33,551 nucleotides of DNA from Chiloscyllium plagiosum (lineage: Eukaryota), in assembly GCF_004010195.1 (NCBI RefSeq), contig NW_025214129.1, forward strand, positions 1 to 33,551, in the 5' to 3' direction. Position 1 is the stretch's first letter, and the number at the start of each line of letters is the position of its first letter. The translations under genes and the position numbers were made by a program. This document shows positions 11,994 to 22,324 of the stretch, piece after piece. Under the pieces are notes generated by a model. The model saw nothing but the letters and a program-made list of their open reading frames with translations. It searched no databases and was not told where the DNA came from.

Positions 11994-12812
11994 CCAGAAT
12001 GCAGTCCAATTGTCCAAATACCTGAAGCCCTCTCTCCTACACCATCCTTGCATCCACGTGTTCAACTTCACTCTCCCTATTCCTTGCCTCACTGTCACGT
12101 GGCACCGGTAACAACCCAGAAATAACGACTCTGTCCGTCCAAGCTTTTAGCTTCCAGCCGAACTCCCTGAGCTCCTGAATGACCTCCCCACCCCTCTTCT
12201 TACCTATGTCGTTGGTGCCAACGTGCACCACGACTTCTGGCTACACACCCTCCCCCTTAAGGATTCTGAAGACACGGTCCGAGAAGTTTCAGACCCTGGC
12301 ACCCCGGAGGCAACAAACCATCCGAGAGTCTCGCCCATGTCCACAGAACCGCTGGTCTGTCCCTCTGACTACAGAGTCTCTTATAACTAGCGCTCTCCTC
12401 CTCTCACCTTTCCCTTCTAAGCCTCAGAGCCGGACCTCGTGCCAGAGACCCGGTCACTGCAGCTTAACCCTGCTAGGCCGCCCCCCCAAAAGTATCCAAA
12501 GCCATATACTTATTGTTGAGGGGAACGACCACAGGGGATCCCTGCACTGCCGCTTCCTCCCCTTCCCATCTCTAACTGATACCCAGCTACCTCTGTTCTC
12601 TGGCGTAACTATGTCCCTGTAGCTTCTATCTATCACCCTCTCAGCCTCTCGAATAATCCTCCGTTCATCCAACTCCAGCTCCAGTTCCCTAACGCGTTCT
12701 GTGAGGAGCAGGAGCTGACTGCATTTCCTGCAGATGAGGTTGGCAGGAGCATCGGTGGTCACCCCTGCCTCAAATATCCTCAGGAGGAACATTCCACTGC
12801 CTGGTCTGCCAT
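11994..12812 (-). pseudogene. CR1 ORF1 (Cys-rich N-terminus, coiled coil, SGNH/GDSL-like esterase), frameshifted
   Basis: ATG at 12812 gives MADQAVECSS, then a frameshift into ...ICRKCSQLLLLTERVRELELELDE; VHVGTNDIG (SGNH block III GxND), VVISGLLPVP, LNTWMQGWCRREGFRYLDNW. Confidence 0.85.
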
Positions 12813-13018
12813 AAATCTACACTGAGTCTCCAAAACAAGAACACTGAGTAGCTTACCTGTGGACTTTAAAGTTAGGTTAGAGGAGGAGAATGGGAGGGAG
12901 GCCTAGGGTCTAGAACACACCAACTCAAATGTCAATCACTTACCTTCCCGACCAGCTCTGCGCTCCAACTTCACTTCCGCCCAGCTCCTGCCGCTCTCTG
13001 CTGTGAAAAGCATGTTTA

Positions 13019-13130
13019 CATGTGATTTCAGACTCACAGCAAGATGTATGAGTCTTAACTGCCCTCCTGGCAATGAATGTTAGGCAATCCAGCGCTGCCC
13101 TCATCCCATGAATGCATTTAAAAAGAAACA
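13019..13130 (+). mobile_element. tRNA-derived SINE, 3' half
   Basis: CATGTGATTTCAGACTCACAGCAA...CTTAACTGCCCTC...CATCCCATGAATG plus an A-rich tail; continues the SINE broken at 9359. Confidence 0.75.
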
Positions 13131-15781
13131 GTGGAGTCACACAGTGACAATCTCTGCGTCTTCAACTAGGTACAATCTATAATAATCAATTGGAGGAATG
13201 GAAGAACTATTCTGTAGTGAAGATGGCGGTGGCACTACGATGGTGAGGATTCTGCAAATAGATACAGATGGATAAATTCATTGGATAATAGTTTGATAAA
13301 TAGAATACGAAGTGAAAATTTATCTTTCTTTTTCGGAAAGAATGGAAGGTACTAAGCTTCTCAAGTGGAGAGAGATTACGAGACTTATTGATAAGTTGTG
13401 TAATGGAAGATTCACGCTGAACCATTCAGACATCGGATGTGTTTACCCGTCTCTCTGACTGTCTGCTTCCTGATGTTCCCAGTGGCCACATTGCTGTCAG
13501 GTCACATCGGATATTTTGATATGATTTGTTGGCACTGGGGAGTTTGGAGGGAGGGTGTTTTTAAACGTGCATCAAGCCTTTATCCGAGAGGCCATCCTTT
13601 CATTCTACGTGGAGAAACGAAGACTATGAGAATGACTGATTGCTTCTGTATGAAGGGGCTGTGTCTCCTGGCAAGAGAGTGGGCATTCACATGATGTACT
13701 ATGTATTGTAAAAATGCCGCATTAATGGAGTGAGTGTTCATTCATTTCTCTACATCTTGGATGTAGGTTTGCTTGTCAAAACCTCAACCTGAGCTACAAA
13801 TCTCTCAACACACACTTCATCTGCCTTTCCCCATTGACATGGAGACCCCGCTTAGCCATCTACACCAACAGGAATCTCCATATTCTGGGAAAACAAGGAT
13901 ACACTCGGACGCCCCCTGCTGAGGGAGAAAACATTCACTTCATCCATCATTTACTGTGTGTATATCTTCCATCACCAAATGGTGACATAGATGCTGACAT
14001 TCTAGATATGTCACCAACTCATGCTGGCAAGTTTTAGATCATAGAATCTGAATGAAAATAGTGGACGAAGCACCTGCACTAACTTCTCAATAACAAGAAT
14101 CCGTCAGCCGCCACTCAGCTACAAGCGAGATGCCTCGTCCATCATAGTAACACTGGAGGGGCTTCCTTATGTCACTGACCAAACGATTACCTGCCAGGGA
14201 TAAATACAGGCGTTAATTGGGCAGGCACAGACAAGTCTCCGAGATGACTGTCAAAGCTGGCGAACTCTCCACTACCCCAGTCCAACATGCAGCACCACAT
14301 GAGACACTCAACATCTGATTGCTTCTGAATGTCACGATGCCAGCACTCGATACACTACAGAGCAAAACCCAAAACCAAGGAAAGACACAGAGGGACAGTG
14401 AAATGCGTATTAAAGATAGAAACAGACAACTGTTTAATTCAGAGCACCTTGTGGAAACATGGCAAAGTAGACAAGGTAGTGGGAATAACTGCAGCAGTGA
14501 GACCTTGAAGCATTTAATCACAAAAATAGAACATTGCATAAAGGCATTGCCAGATTAGATGAAATGGTTCGTTACAACAAATTCCAAATATGTATCTCGG
14601 AACTAATCCAGACACCATAAATTGGGATAAGGTAACAGCCCAGAATAGAGAACTGTGCAGACTGTACTCGTGCATTGTTCAGTAAACAGGACTGCCTGAT
14701 CAACACTTGCAGTATTGAAAACCATTGCCAGAAAATTGGCGCTTTACTGACACGATGAAACTGCCTGGCATGGGAAATTTGAAATTCCTGCTGAGTCACA
14801 GTAAATGGAACTCCCAGCAATTGATATCTCTATATCTCCGTTGCACCAGAACAAAGCTGTGTGTAAGTTTAGGATCATAAGGCGATAAGAACTAGATGTG
14901 GAACTAAGGTCATTTGGCCCATCGAGTCCACTCTGCAATTAAATCAAACCATTCACAGTTTGTCTGTGTATTTATGTGTCCGTGTGTGCATATGTGTGCG
15001 CGTGCACGTGTGTGTAATCTGTTGAAATATTAACAACTGACAGGGGTTTGGGCAATCGACAGAGAGAAACTGATGGATGTTTCATAGACAGATGTGTTGA
15101 TGCGATAACAATAGAGATTAGTGTGCACAAGAATGAGCGACGGATGAATGGATTTTTAGTGTCAGTTCGGACACAGGCCATGAAGTATCGACGAGATTTG
15201 CTTCTACAGGTTTGAAGATGGGAGTGCCAACAATAGAAAATTGCCATCAGTAAGACCGTATTTCGTAGCTCAAGACTGAAATAGAAGATCAGATGAGCCC
15301 GTTCGTTATATTTTGGAAGTTTGAGTGTTTAAAACCAGAAATGGCCAGGGTATGGTGTTCGGAATCAGACCATGGCCAAAAAGATCACCATCGTTGTGAT
15401 TCGTCAATTTCAGCCTCATACATTGGCCAGGGATTGGACAGCGTCGGAGGAAGGAAATGGACCTTTTAAGCAGAACAGAAGGCAGTGACCTCTCTGCTGC
15501 GAATATTTAAATGACGATGGCTGTGACACAATGAATCACAGTTCACATCTGAATCTGAGCAGGTCATGTTAGAGACCCAAGAAGAAAAATGCCAGAAGCA
15601 AAGACCGAAAGTATAAATGAGCGATTTCACTGATGAAGTTAGTGGTGGGTTATCAATTGAATATCTGGATTCAAGTCCCAGCCAGAGAAATAATATCAGC
15701 AGGGCGATTCAAATAAATGAGAACAGCAGTAATAAATTTAAACATGGTTTATAGAAGTACTTAATGTAGAGAGATACTTAC

Positions 15782-16079
15782 CAGGAAAACCAACGATGGC
15801 CAGGATTGGATAATACAAATATTGAATAATGTAAAGTGCATATTCGATCCGATACGAGAATGGAAACCAAACGTATGTAGAAAGAAACCAAATATCCCAG
15901 GATAAACTTTTATCCATTGTTGTAACATTCCAGTGCTTTGTTCTCAGATTCTGATTCATTGTTAGAACATTCCAGTCTAATATTCTCAGATTCTGACCGC
16001 TGCTTCCCCTTTCTCTGGATCTCCTGATCCCCATTCGTGCTGTCAATGATGCTCCTGCTTCTACTGTGGGCATGCACAT
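15782..16079 (-). CDS. GPR139-like: First coding exon of a GPR139/GPR142-like class A GPCR (ectodomain plus most of TM1); the remaining exon(s) are not seen in the window
   Basis: Open frame ...MNQNLRTKHWNVTTMDKSLSWDIWFLSTYVWFPFSYRIEYALYIIQYLYYPILAIVGFP followed by G|GTAAGT (phase-1 consensus donor at 15781-15776). The YYxxLxxxGxP TM1 with an intron straight after the Pro fits the GPR139 family as I recall it. N-glycosylation sequon NVT. In-frame ATGs at 16079, 16073, 16034, 15959 and 15917; the true start is uncertain. A paralogous exon at 30081 has the same donor position. Confidence 0.8.
15915..15998 (-). repeat. 42-bp (14-aa) coding tandem repeat in the GPCR N-terminus
   Basis: GQNLRILDWNVLTM / NQNLRTKHWNVTTM; TTCTCAGATTCTGA recurs at 42-bp spacing on the plus strand. 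Confidence 0.85.
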
Positions 16080-16127
16080 TGAACGGAATATATTTAAAGA
16101 TGAAAATACTCATCCAGGATAATGAAA

Positions 16128-16163
16128 ATCCATGGAGACTGACATTAATCACAGTCGCTGAAC
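16128..16163 (-). promoter_or_regulatory. Conserved non-coding block upstream of GPCR exon 1 (5'UTR or promoter candidate)
   Basis: 31/36 identical to 30410-30445, upstream of the paralogous exon. Confidence 0.45.
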
Positions 16164-16611
16164 CAGATTCAGTTAACTCTTTCCCGACATCACTTTTCTA
16201 CCTCAACAAAGGGGAACATTTGAGCAGTCTCGATGGAATGGATGAAAGTTACCGACAGATGAACTATCAACCTTTTCAATATTTCTACCTTTTATGTGGC
16301 GGTAGTGGCAGAACACTGGAAGGTTGTTTTTGTTCCACCGTGTTTATATAAAGAGACAGATAATATAACGACCAGCTGCATCAAATGTCTTTTTGTGCAA
16401 GTCCCCAGATACTTTAACCATATTTGTTGCCCATTGACTTCGTGTAGTGCTGCTCCTAGTTTTTAATGCACTGTTATAAAATCTTTTCTTAATCTTGAGG
16501 CATCATTCAGAGCATTGAAACGTCTGCTCAGGAACAGGAAAAAACAATTCTGTCCGTATATGCCTCTTAGAGATTGGAGGTGGCCATTTAATACTCACGA
16601 GCGTATTTGTA

Positions 16612-17327
16612 CTAGAAAGGTTGGGAAGATACTTGGTAGTGTGAATGAGCAGAGGGATCTTGGTGTCCATGTACACAGATCTTTGAAAGTTGCCACCCAG
16701 GTAATTTGTGCGGTGAAGAAGGCATATGGCGTACTGGCTTTTATTGGTAGAGGAATTGAGTTCCAGAGTCCTGAGGTCATGTTGCAGTTGTCTAGGACTC
16801 TGGTGCGGCCCCATCTGGAGGATTGTGTGCAGGTTTGGTCGCCATACTATCGGTAGGATGTGGAGGCACTGGAACAGGTGCAGAGGAGGTTTACCAGGAT
16901 GTTGAGATGGTAGGAAGATCGTATGAAGAAAGGCTGAGGCACTTGGGGCTGTTTTCATTGGAGAAAAGAAGGTTTAGGAGTGACATGATAGAGGTGTACA
17001 AGATGATTGCGGTTTCGATAGTGTTGACCATGAGAATCTTTTTCCACGTATGGAGTCAGCTATTACGAGGGGGCATAACTTTAAATTAAGGGGTGGTAGG
17101 CATAGGACACATGTTAGGGGTAGATTCTTTACTCAGAGAGTCGTGAGTTCATGGAATGCCCTGCCAGTAGCAGTGGTGGACTCTCCCTCTTTATGGGCAT
17201 ATAAGCGGGCATTGGATAGGCATATGGAGGATAGTGGGCTAGTGCAGGTTAGGTGGGTTTGGATCGGCGCAACATCGAGGGGCAAAGGGCCTGTACTGCG
17301 CTGTATTCTTCTTTGTTCTATGTTCTA
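16612..17327 (+). mobile_element. 5'-truncated, relatively young CR1 LINE 3' end
   Basis: EQRDLGVHVHRSLKVATQV...LVRPHLEDCVQVWSPY, LGLFSLEKRRFRSDMIEVYK, TRGHNFKL...FFTQRVVSSWNALP; ends in a TGTTCTATGTTCTA tail. Confidence 0.92.
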
Positions 17328-17334
17328 ATTTGTT

Positions 17335-17650
17335 TCACTGCATGTGAGATGAAGAAGCTGAACACAGTAGATACAACAAAGGCAATGGGCCCTGACACCA
17401 TTCCTGCAATAGGACTGAAGGCGTGTGCTGCACAACAAGCCGTGTCCCTGTGGAAGCGGTTTCATTCCAGCTCCAATTCTGACATCTCCCTGGCAATGCG
17501 GAAAATTACTCAGCTATGTCCACTCCCTTAAGAGAAGAATAATGAAAACCTGACCAATTACCACACCTTCAGTACAATCACGATAGTCAAATTGATGGGA
17601 GTTCTTTTTGACAGAGCTGTCAAGCAGCACAGAAATAACTTGTTCAGTGT
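17335..17650 (+). mobile_element. Decayed LINE ORF2 fragment (N-terminal to the RT core)
   Basis: LNTVDTTKAMGPDTIPAIGLKACA...ITQLCPL matches the K..GPD.IP...LK motif; followed by an NLTNYH (NYRP-like) motif. Confidence 0.7.
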
Positions 17651-17669
17651 GGTTTCTGATAGGTCCCCA

Positions 17670-17950
17670 TGTGGAGAAGGTGCTATTGTGGAAATGTCAT
17701 TGGATTACTAATCCAGACAATGATAATGCTCTGGCACCTGGTGGAAGTTAAAAACAATTAATAAAATGTTGAGACATAACATCTGGTGTCAGTAATAGTT
17801 ACCCTGAAGCCAATGTCGATTGTAAATATCAGTTTTCTTCTCCAATGTACTTTCAGGAAGTAAATCTCCCGTGCTTTCCTGGTCTGGCATAAAAGTGACT
17901 CCAGACGCACAGACATGTGATAAACTCTTCAATGGTCCCTGAAATGGCTC
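17670..17950 (+). mobile_element. tRNA-derived SINE (decayed)
   Basis: Head GTGGAAATGTCATTGGATTACTAATCCAGA and core CCTGGTCTGGC...GTGACTCCAGAC shared with the other copies. Confidence 0.7.
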
Positions 17951-17959
17951 CACAATTAT

Positions 17960-18930
17960 CATCCTTACTTGTAATCTGTCTCACCCTGTCAGTGTTTTAT
18001 ATATTTCACTGCTATATTTTGCTAAAGCACATGGAATATAGGTTCAGTCGACCCAAACTCTGCTCCCACAACAAGCCTGTCATCCCAGAGATCAGTCTGG
18101 TCATCCTTCACTACTGTCCTGGAATGTCAGCCTTGTCCTTTATTAGGTATGGAGACCAAAACTGCACATAATACTGCACAATTTTCGAGATGGGGTCTCA
18201 TCAAGGGCCTATACAGCTGTAGTAAGACACCCTGACACCTGGACACAAATCCCCCTTTTCAATGTTACAGCTACCCAACTGGTGGGTCTATGTACACTGG
18301 TAAGTGTCCCAATGCCATTCCCAGTATTTTATTCTGGCTTCAGAACTCACTATCCTGTATAGACGGCGGAGGTCGGTGAAGAATGAAACAAAAAGAATCA
18401 TAAGTCCCTTTATAGCGTAACATTTTCCAACCTTTTCAACTGGTAGGCTACCGTTCTCTTTTTCGCATCAAAGGGTACAACGTCATTGCTCTTCATTGCC
18501 CCGTATTTGCACAGACACTCCCCTTGCCTCAATTACCTTGGAGCTACTTTTACATCCTCCTCACGCACTCATAAACCGACATCGATTAGTGCCATCAGCA
18601 GGCTTGGAAATATTACATTTGATTCCCTCTAACAAACGTTTGGTGTGTATTTGAAATAGCTATGTCCCAAACACTGAATTCTGCTACACCCCCGAGTCCT
18701 CTGCTGTAAACAAAATCGATTTATTCCTACTCACTGTTTCCTGTTTGCTCTCCCATTCTAAAACCATGCCCTTCTGTTAGCCCCAGTCCCATAGGATTCG
18801 AATTTGCATAGTAGGCTTGGGGCTTTATCAAAAATCTTCCTGAAAATCCAATCGTATTGCATTGATTGCTTCTCCATAGTTTTGCTAAAAGTCAGGTTCT
18901 CAAATATGATTCCCATTTGATAAATCTCTG
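17960..18930 (-). mobile_element. Decayed CR1 LINE RT region with an unrelated ~130-bp insert (18265-18395)
   Basis: GAGACCAAAACTGCAC...TACAGCTG homologous to CR1 copies at 9730-9800; GGGGCTTTATCAAAA at ~18820 corresponds to the FDKxP motif on the minus strand. Confidence 0.6.
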
Positions 18931-19661
18931 TTGCCTTTGTCTCAGCCCACTACTTTCAGTTAAAGTACTTTCTCCATAACGTTTATTTGCTAATAGTATT
19001 CTACTCCCCTTTTCTCTCTCACCAGATTAAGCTTTCCTTGTGTTGCTGGGCAGATTGATTTTTGGTTTGTTTTCTTATGTGAAGACATAACTGAAATGTT
19101 TGCTGCATAGTTCTGCCATTTTCCTCTTCTCCATTCTCCAACAAAGAATGGAAAATGGTAACAAACCTGCACTTTTTTCCCTTAATTTTGACATTGATGT
19201 ACTTTTTAAAGCTATTACAAGTTCACTCTTATTACCCTTCTGCATATAGAGTGTTCTGAAACTCATCAATTCCTGTCTTAAGCTTCTCAGTGATTGACCT
19301 TGCACAAAAATGTGCTGATCAAAAATACATCAGAAATACACACACGAGCCCCACTTTTCTTCACGAGCCCCATAGCTGGGAATGCTATGACAATTCAAGT
19401 GGTCGTTCAAGTAACAAATGTGAGATTACCCGTGACAACTCCCTCTTCGGTAGTGCATTCCAGACCCCAAAACCCTCTGGGAGAAGTATGATCCTCAAGT
19501 CCCCTCTCAATCTCAAACCCTTTACTTTAAGAATGTGCTCCCTTTGTTCTTCTCCCTCTGACTAAAAGGAACAGCTGTTGTATATCCACCCTGTCCATGT
19601 CCCTCATAATCTTCCTTCTGAATCACATCACCCTCAGCCTTCTCTGCTCCAATGTAAACAA

Positions 19662-19872
19662 GGAGAAAGTGAGGACTGAAGATCTGGAGATCCGAGCTGA
19701 AAATGTGTTTCTGGAAAAGCGCAGCAGGTCAGGCAACATCCAAGGAGCAGGAGAACCGACGTTTCAGGCATTAACCCTTCTTCCTGAAGACGGGATCATG
19801 CCCGAAAGGTCGATTCTCCTCCTCCTTGGATGCTGCCTGACCTGCTGCACTTTTCGAGCAACACATTTTCAA
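19662..19872. mobile_element. Short Penelope-derived inverted (hairpin) terminal-repeat insertion
   Basis: Arms ~19694-19783 and ~19784-19875 are reverse complements; perfect 15-bp TSD CTCCAATGTAAACAA at 19647-19661 and 19873-19887. Confidence 0.85.
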
Positions 19873-20442
19873 CTCCAATGTAAACAACCCGAGCTTATCC
19901 AGCCTCTTTCCATAGCTGATATGCTCCATCACAGGGAACATGCTGGTGAATCTACTCTGCAACCCCCTCCAGTACAATCACATCCTTCCTGGAATGTGGC
20001 TCCCAGAACTACACACAGTATTCCATCTTGGCCTAACCAAAGTTCTGCAGAGCTCTTATAATCTGTGCCTCGATGAATGAAAGCTATGCTTACGCTCCCC
20101 TTTGCTTTCTGAACTTGTGTATTAACCAGTCCAGTCACATGCAGGGTTGTGTGGAGAAGCTCCCTCTGAGCTCCCTCGTGTGCTGCCATTCACTGAGTAC
20201 TCCACTGTCTGGTTCCTTCTTCCAAAGTGCATCACCTCATTTTTATCAAGGTTGCATTCCATCTGCTATTGATCTGTCCATCTGACCATTCCATCTGTAT
20301 CTTCCTGTAATATAAGACCTTCCTCCTCACTGCCAACCAACCGGTCATTCGTTGTATCAAACACAAACTTAGTTATCACACTCTCCCCACCCCTCGTCCA
20401 TATTTACAGATGCACCATTTATGAATACCACAAATAATAAGG

Positions 20443-20619
20443 TTATATATCACACAACACCAGGTTATAGTCCAACAGGTTTATTCGGAGGCACCAGCTT
20501 TTGAAGTGCTGCTCTGTAATCAGGTGGTTGTGCGCTTTGAAAGCTCGTGCCTCCGAATAAACCTGGTGTGCATGAGTTTTAACTTTATCCACCCCAGTCC
20601 AACACAGGCACCTCCGAAT
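20443..20619. mobile_element. Second-family Penelope-like inverted terminal-repeat insertion
   Basis: CAGGTTTATTCGGAGGCACCAGCTTT (~20477-20502) pairs with AAAGCTCGTGCCTCCGAATAAACCTG (~20540-20565); perfect 14-bp TSD CACAAATAATAAGG at 20429-20442 and 20620-20633. Confidence 0.75.
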
Positions 20620-20799
20620 CACAAATAATAAGGGTCACAACATTGATCCCTATGTTGCACCATTATACACCAGCCTCCAGTCATACCAACAGGCTTCTAC
20701 CATCACCCTCTGACTCCTACCACTAAAGTTGATTTAGATGCAACTTGGCAAGTCACTAATGACTCCTACCTCTTCCCTGGTTATTCTGTTCGACATGAC

Positions 20800-22240
20800 A
20801 CACTTGTTGAATCCCTAAACTTGTTGATTCTTCCTAAACTTGCCGTGCCAGCAGGTTTCCATCTCCCTGTATTAGTCAGTCCTCTCCGAGTCAAGAATTT
20901 CCTCCTTATTACTGTCTTAAATGGCTTGTCCTATATCCTGCCATTATTTGCCTTAAATGTAGAGTAGACAGCCAGAAAGTCATCCTTATTATTTCCACCT
21001 TGTCATATGTTTAGTGAATTTTCTAAACTTCACTGCAGTCACCTCTCATTCTTTGAAACCCTAGAGAACACGGGCCGAGTTTCTGCATCAGACAATCTTG
21101 CCATCTGAAGGACGAATCTGAAGAATATCCATTGCAATTCCTCTGTGGTCAATATATTCTTTCTCATATTAGGTCACCAAAACTGTGCACAATATTCCAG
21201 ATGCAGTCTCAGCAAAACTGTACACAATGCTCCAGGTACAGTCTAACCAACCCTGCACACAATATTCCAGGTACAGTCTCACCAATACTATATGAAACTA
21301 CTTCAGCATTTTATTGCATCGATATTCTGATTCCTTTCATTGAAGGTGAACCCAACTTTAACTTTCCACTTACATATATTCTTCCAAATACCCTTCAAAA
21401 AGTCCGAAATTATGAAGTGTGATTTCCTTTCAGAAATGTATACTGATTCTCTCCAATGTTGCTATTGATTTCTAAATATCCAATATCGCATCCTGTCTCA
21501 TAGATTCCAAACGTTTCTCTACAGGTGTCAAGTTAATTGGTCTGCATTTCTTCACACTATCACTTTTTCCGTGTCCAAATGCCTGAATCCATTACATTCA
21601 TCTCCCTCCCATGCTTGGATCACGTTTATTCCCTTCCATTTATTGACACTGGCTTTCCAGCCTCAAGAATGTACAGGAAAATAAAAGACAGTCATCGACA
21701 GTGCAATTAATACATCTATTGCTGATTTATTTCTGACGCTTTGAAATGAATTACATCTGTTTCGTTAGACATGGCAATGCTCCATCCAGCTCCATGTTCA
21801 AGTATTACCTTGTTACTGATATGAATTGACTTTGTGTCTTTAGTTCCACACGTCCTATATGATCACTTAGTATTACTGGGTGATTTTCTGGATCTTCCTC
21901 CATGAAGATAGATGCAAAGTAACTGGTTATTTTCTTGGCCATTTCCCTGTTCTCCACAATAACATCTCCTCTCCCGATTACAAATATCCACATTTGACCT
22001 TGCTTCTATTTTGTTTCCTTTGAAATACATATGTAGATGTATGCAGTCTTTGTGTTCCTGTTTGTTAGCACGCATGTTCGCTTTTTGATTTCCTTATCAG
22101 TTTCATGGCCCTCCTTTTCTGGACTGTAAATTTCTGACATTTCTCAGGGTTCCATAATGTCTGGAATTCTTCTGAAGTCACTTCTTATGATTAATATAAT
22201 CTTTCATTTGTTATGTTAACCATCATTAAGTCACTTTCTC
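20800..22240 (-). mobile_element. Old decayed CR1 LINE ORF2 with internal deletions
   Basis: ORF 21805-21993 GDVIVENREMAKKITSYFASIFMEED matches the CR1 E..EMAE.LN.YF.SVFT.E motif; 21020-21300 is homologous to the CR1 RT C-terminus. Confidence 0.7.
21181..21285. repeat. 3 x 35-bp tandem repeat inside CR1
   Basis: AACTGTGCACAATATTCCAGATGCAGTCTCAGCAA / AACTGTACACAATGCTCCAGGTACAGTCTAACCAA / CCCTGCACACAATATTCCAGGTACAGTCTCACCAA. Confidence 0.85.
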
Positions 22241-22324
22241 ACTCTTAGGTGTTTTTTACCGTAAAGAAATTGACTTTTGCTTCAGACTTTGCAATATTTC
22301 TAGAAACAGGTATATCCAAGAATA

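Larger units (their letters stand above)
9368..13010 (-). mobile_element. Near full-length CR1 LINE (5'UTR, ORF1, ORF2, 3' (GTTCTAT)n tail), inactivated; spans an assembly gap
   Basis: 8-bp TSD CATGTTTA at 9360-9367 and 13011-13018; TAGAACA-type tail repeats at 9366-9385; ORF1 and ORF2 remnants in the expected order. Confidence 0.92.
19380..20760 (-). mobile_element. Decayed CR1 LINE 3' part, interrupted by two PLE hairpin insertions
   Basis: ORF 19771-19977 LQSRFTSMFPVMEHISYGKRLDKLGLFTLE; ORF 19929-20189 AFIHRGTDYKS. Confidence 0.75.

Noticed and set aside
10786..12111. Long ORFs of 324-441 aa
   Set aside because: Artefacts of translating through the 856-N gap; the real flanks are CR1 ORF1/ORF2 remnants.
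13750..14820. Possible further Penelope remnants (13750-13805, 14090-14240) and short ORFs at 14213-14820
   Set aside because: Too decayed to support; no recognisable protein motif or intact hammerhead core.
15738..15781. C-terminal tail of the 113-aa ORF (KYLSTLSTSINHV)
   Set aside because: Read-through into the intron past the GTAAGT donor, whose position is conserved in the paralog.
16343..16352. TATATAAA as the TATA box of the receptor gene
   Set aside because: No counterpart at the equivalent position upstream of the paralogous exon, and such motifs are common in AT-rich DNA.
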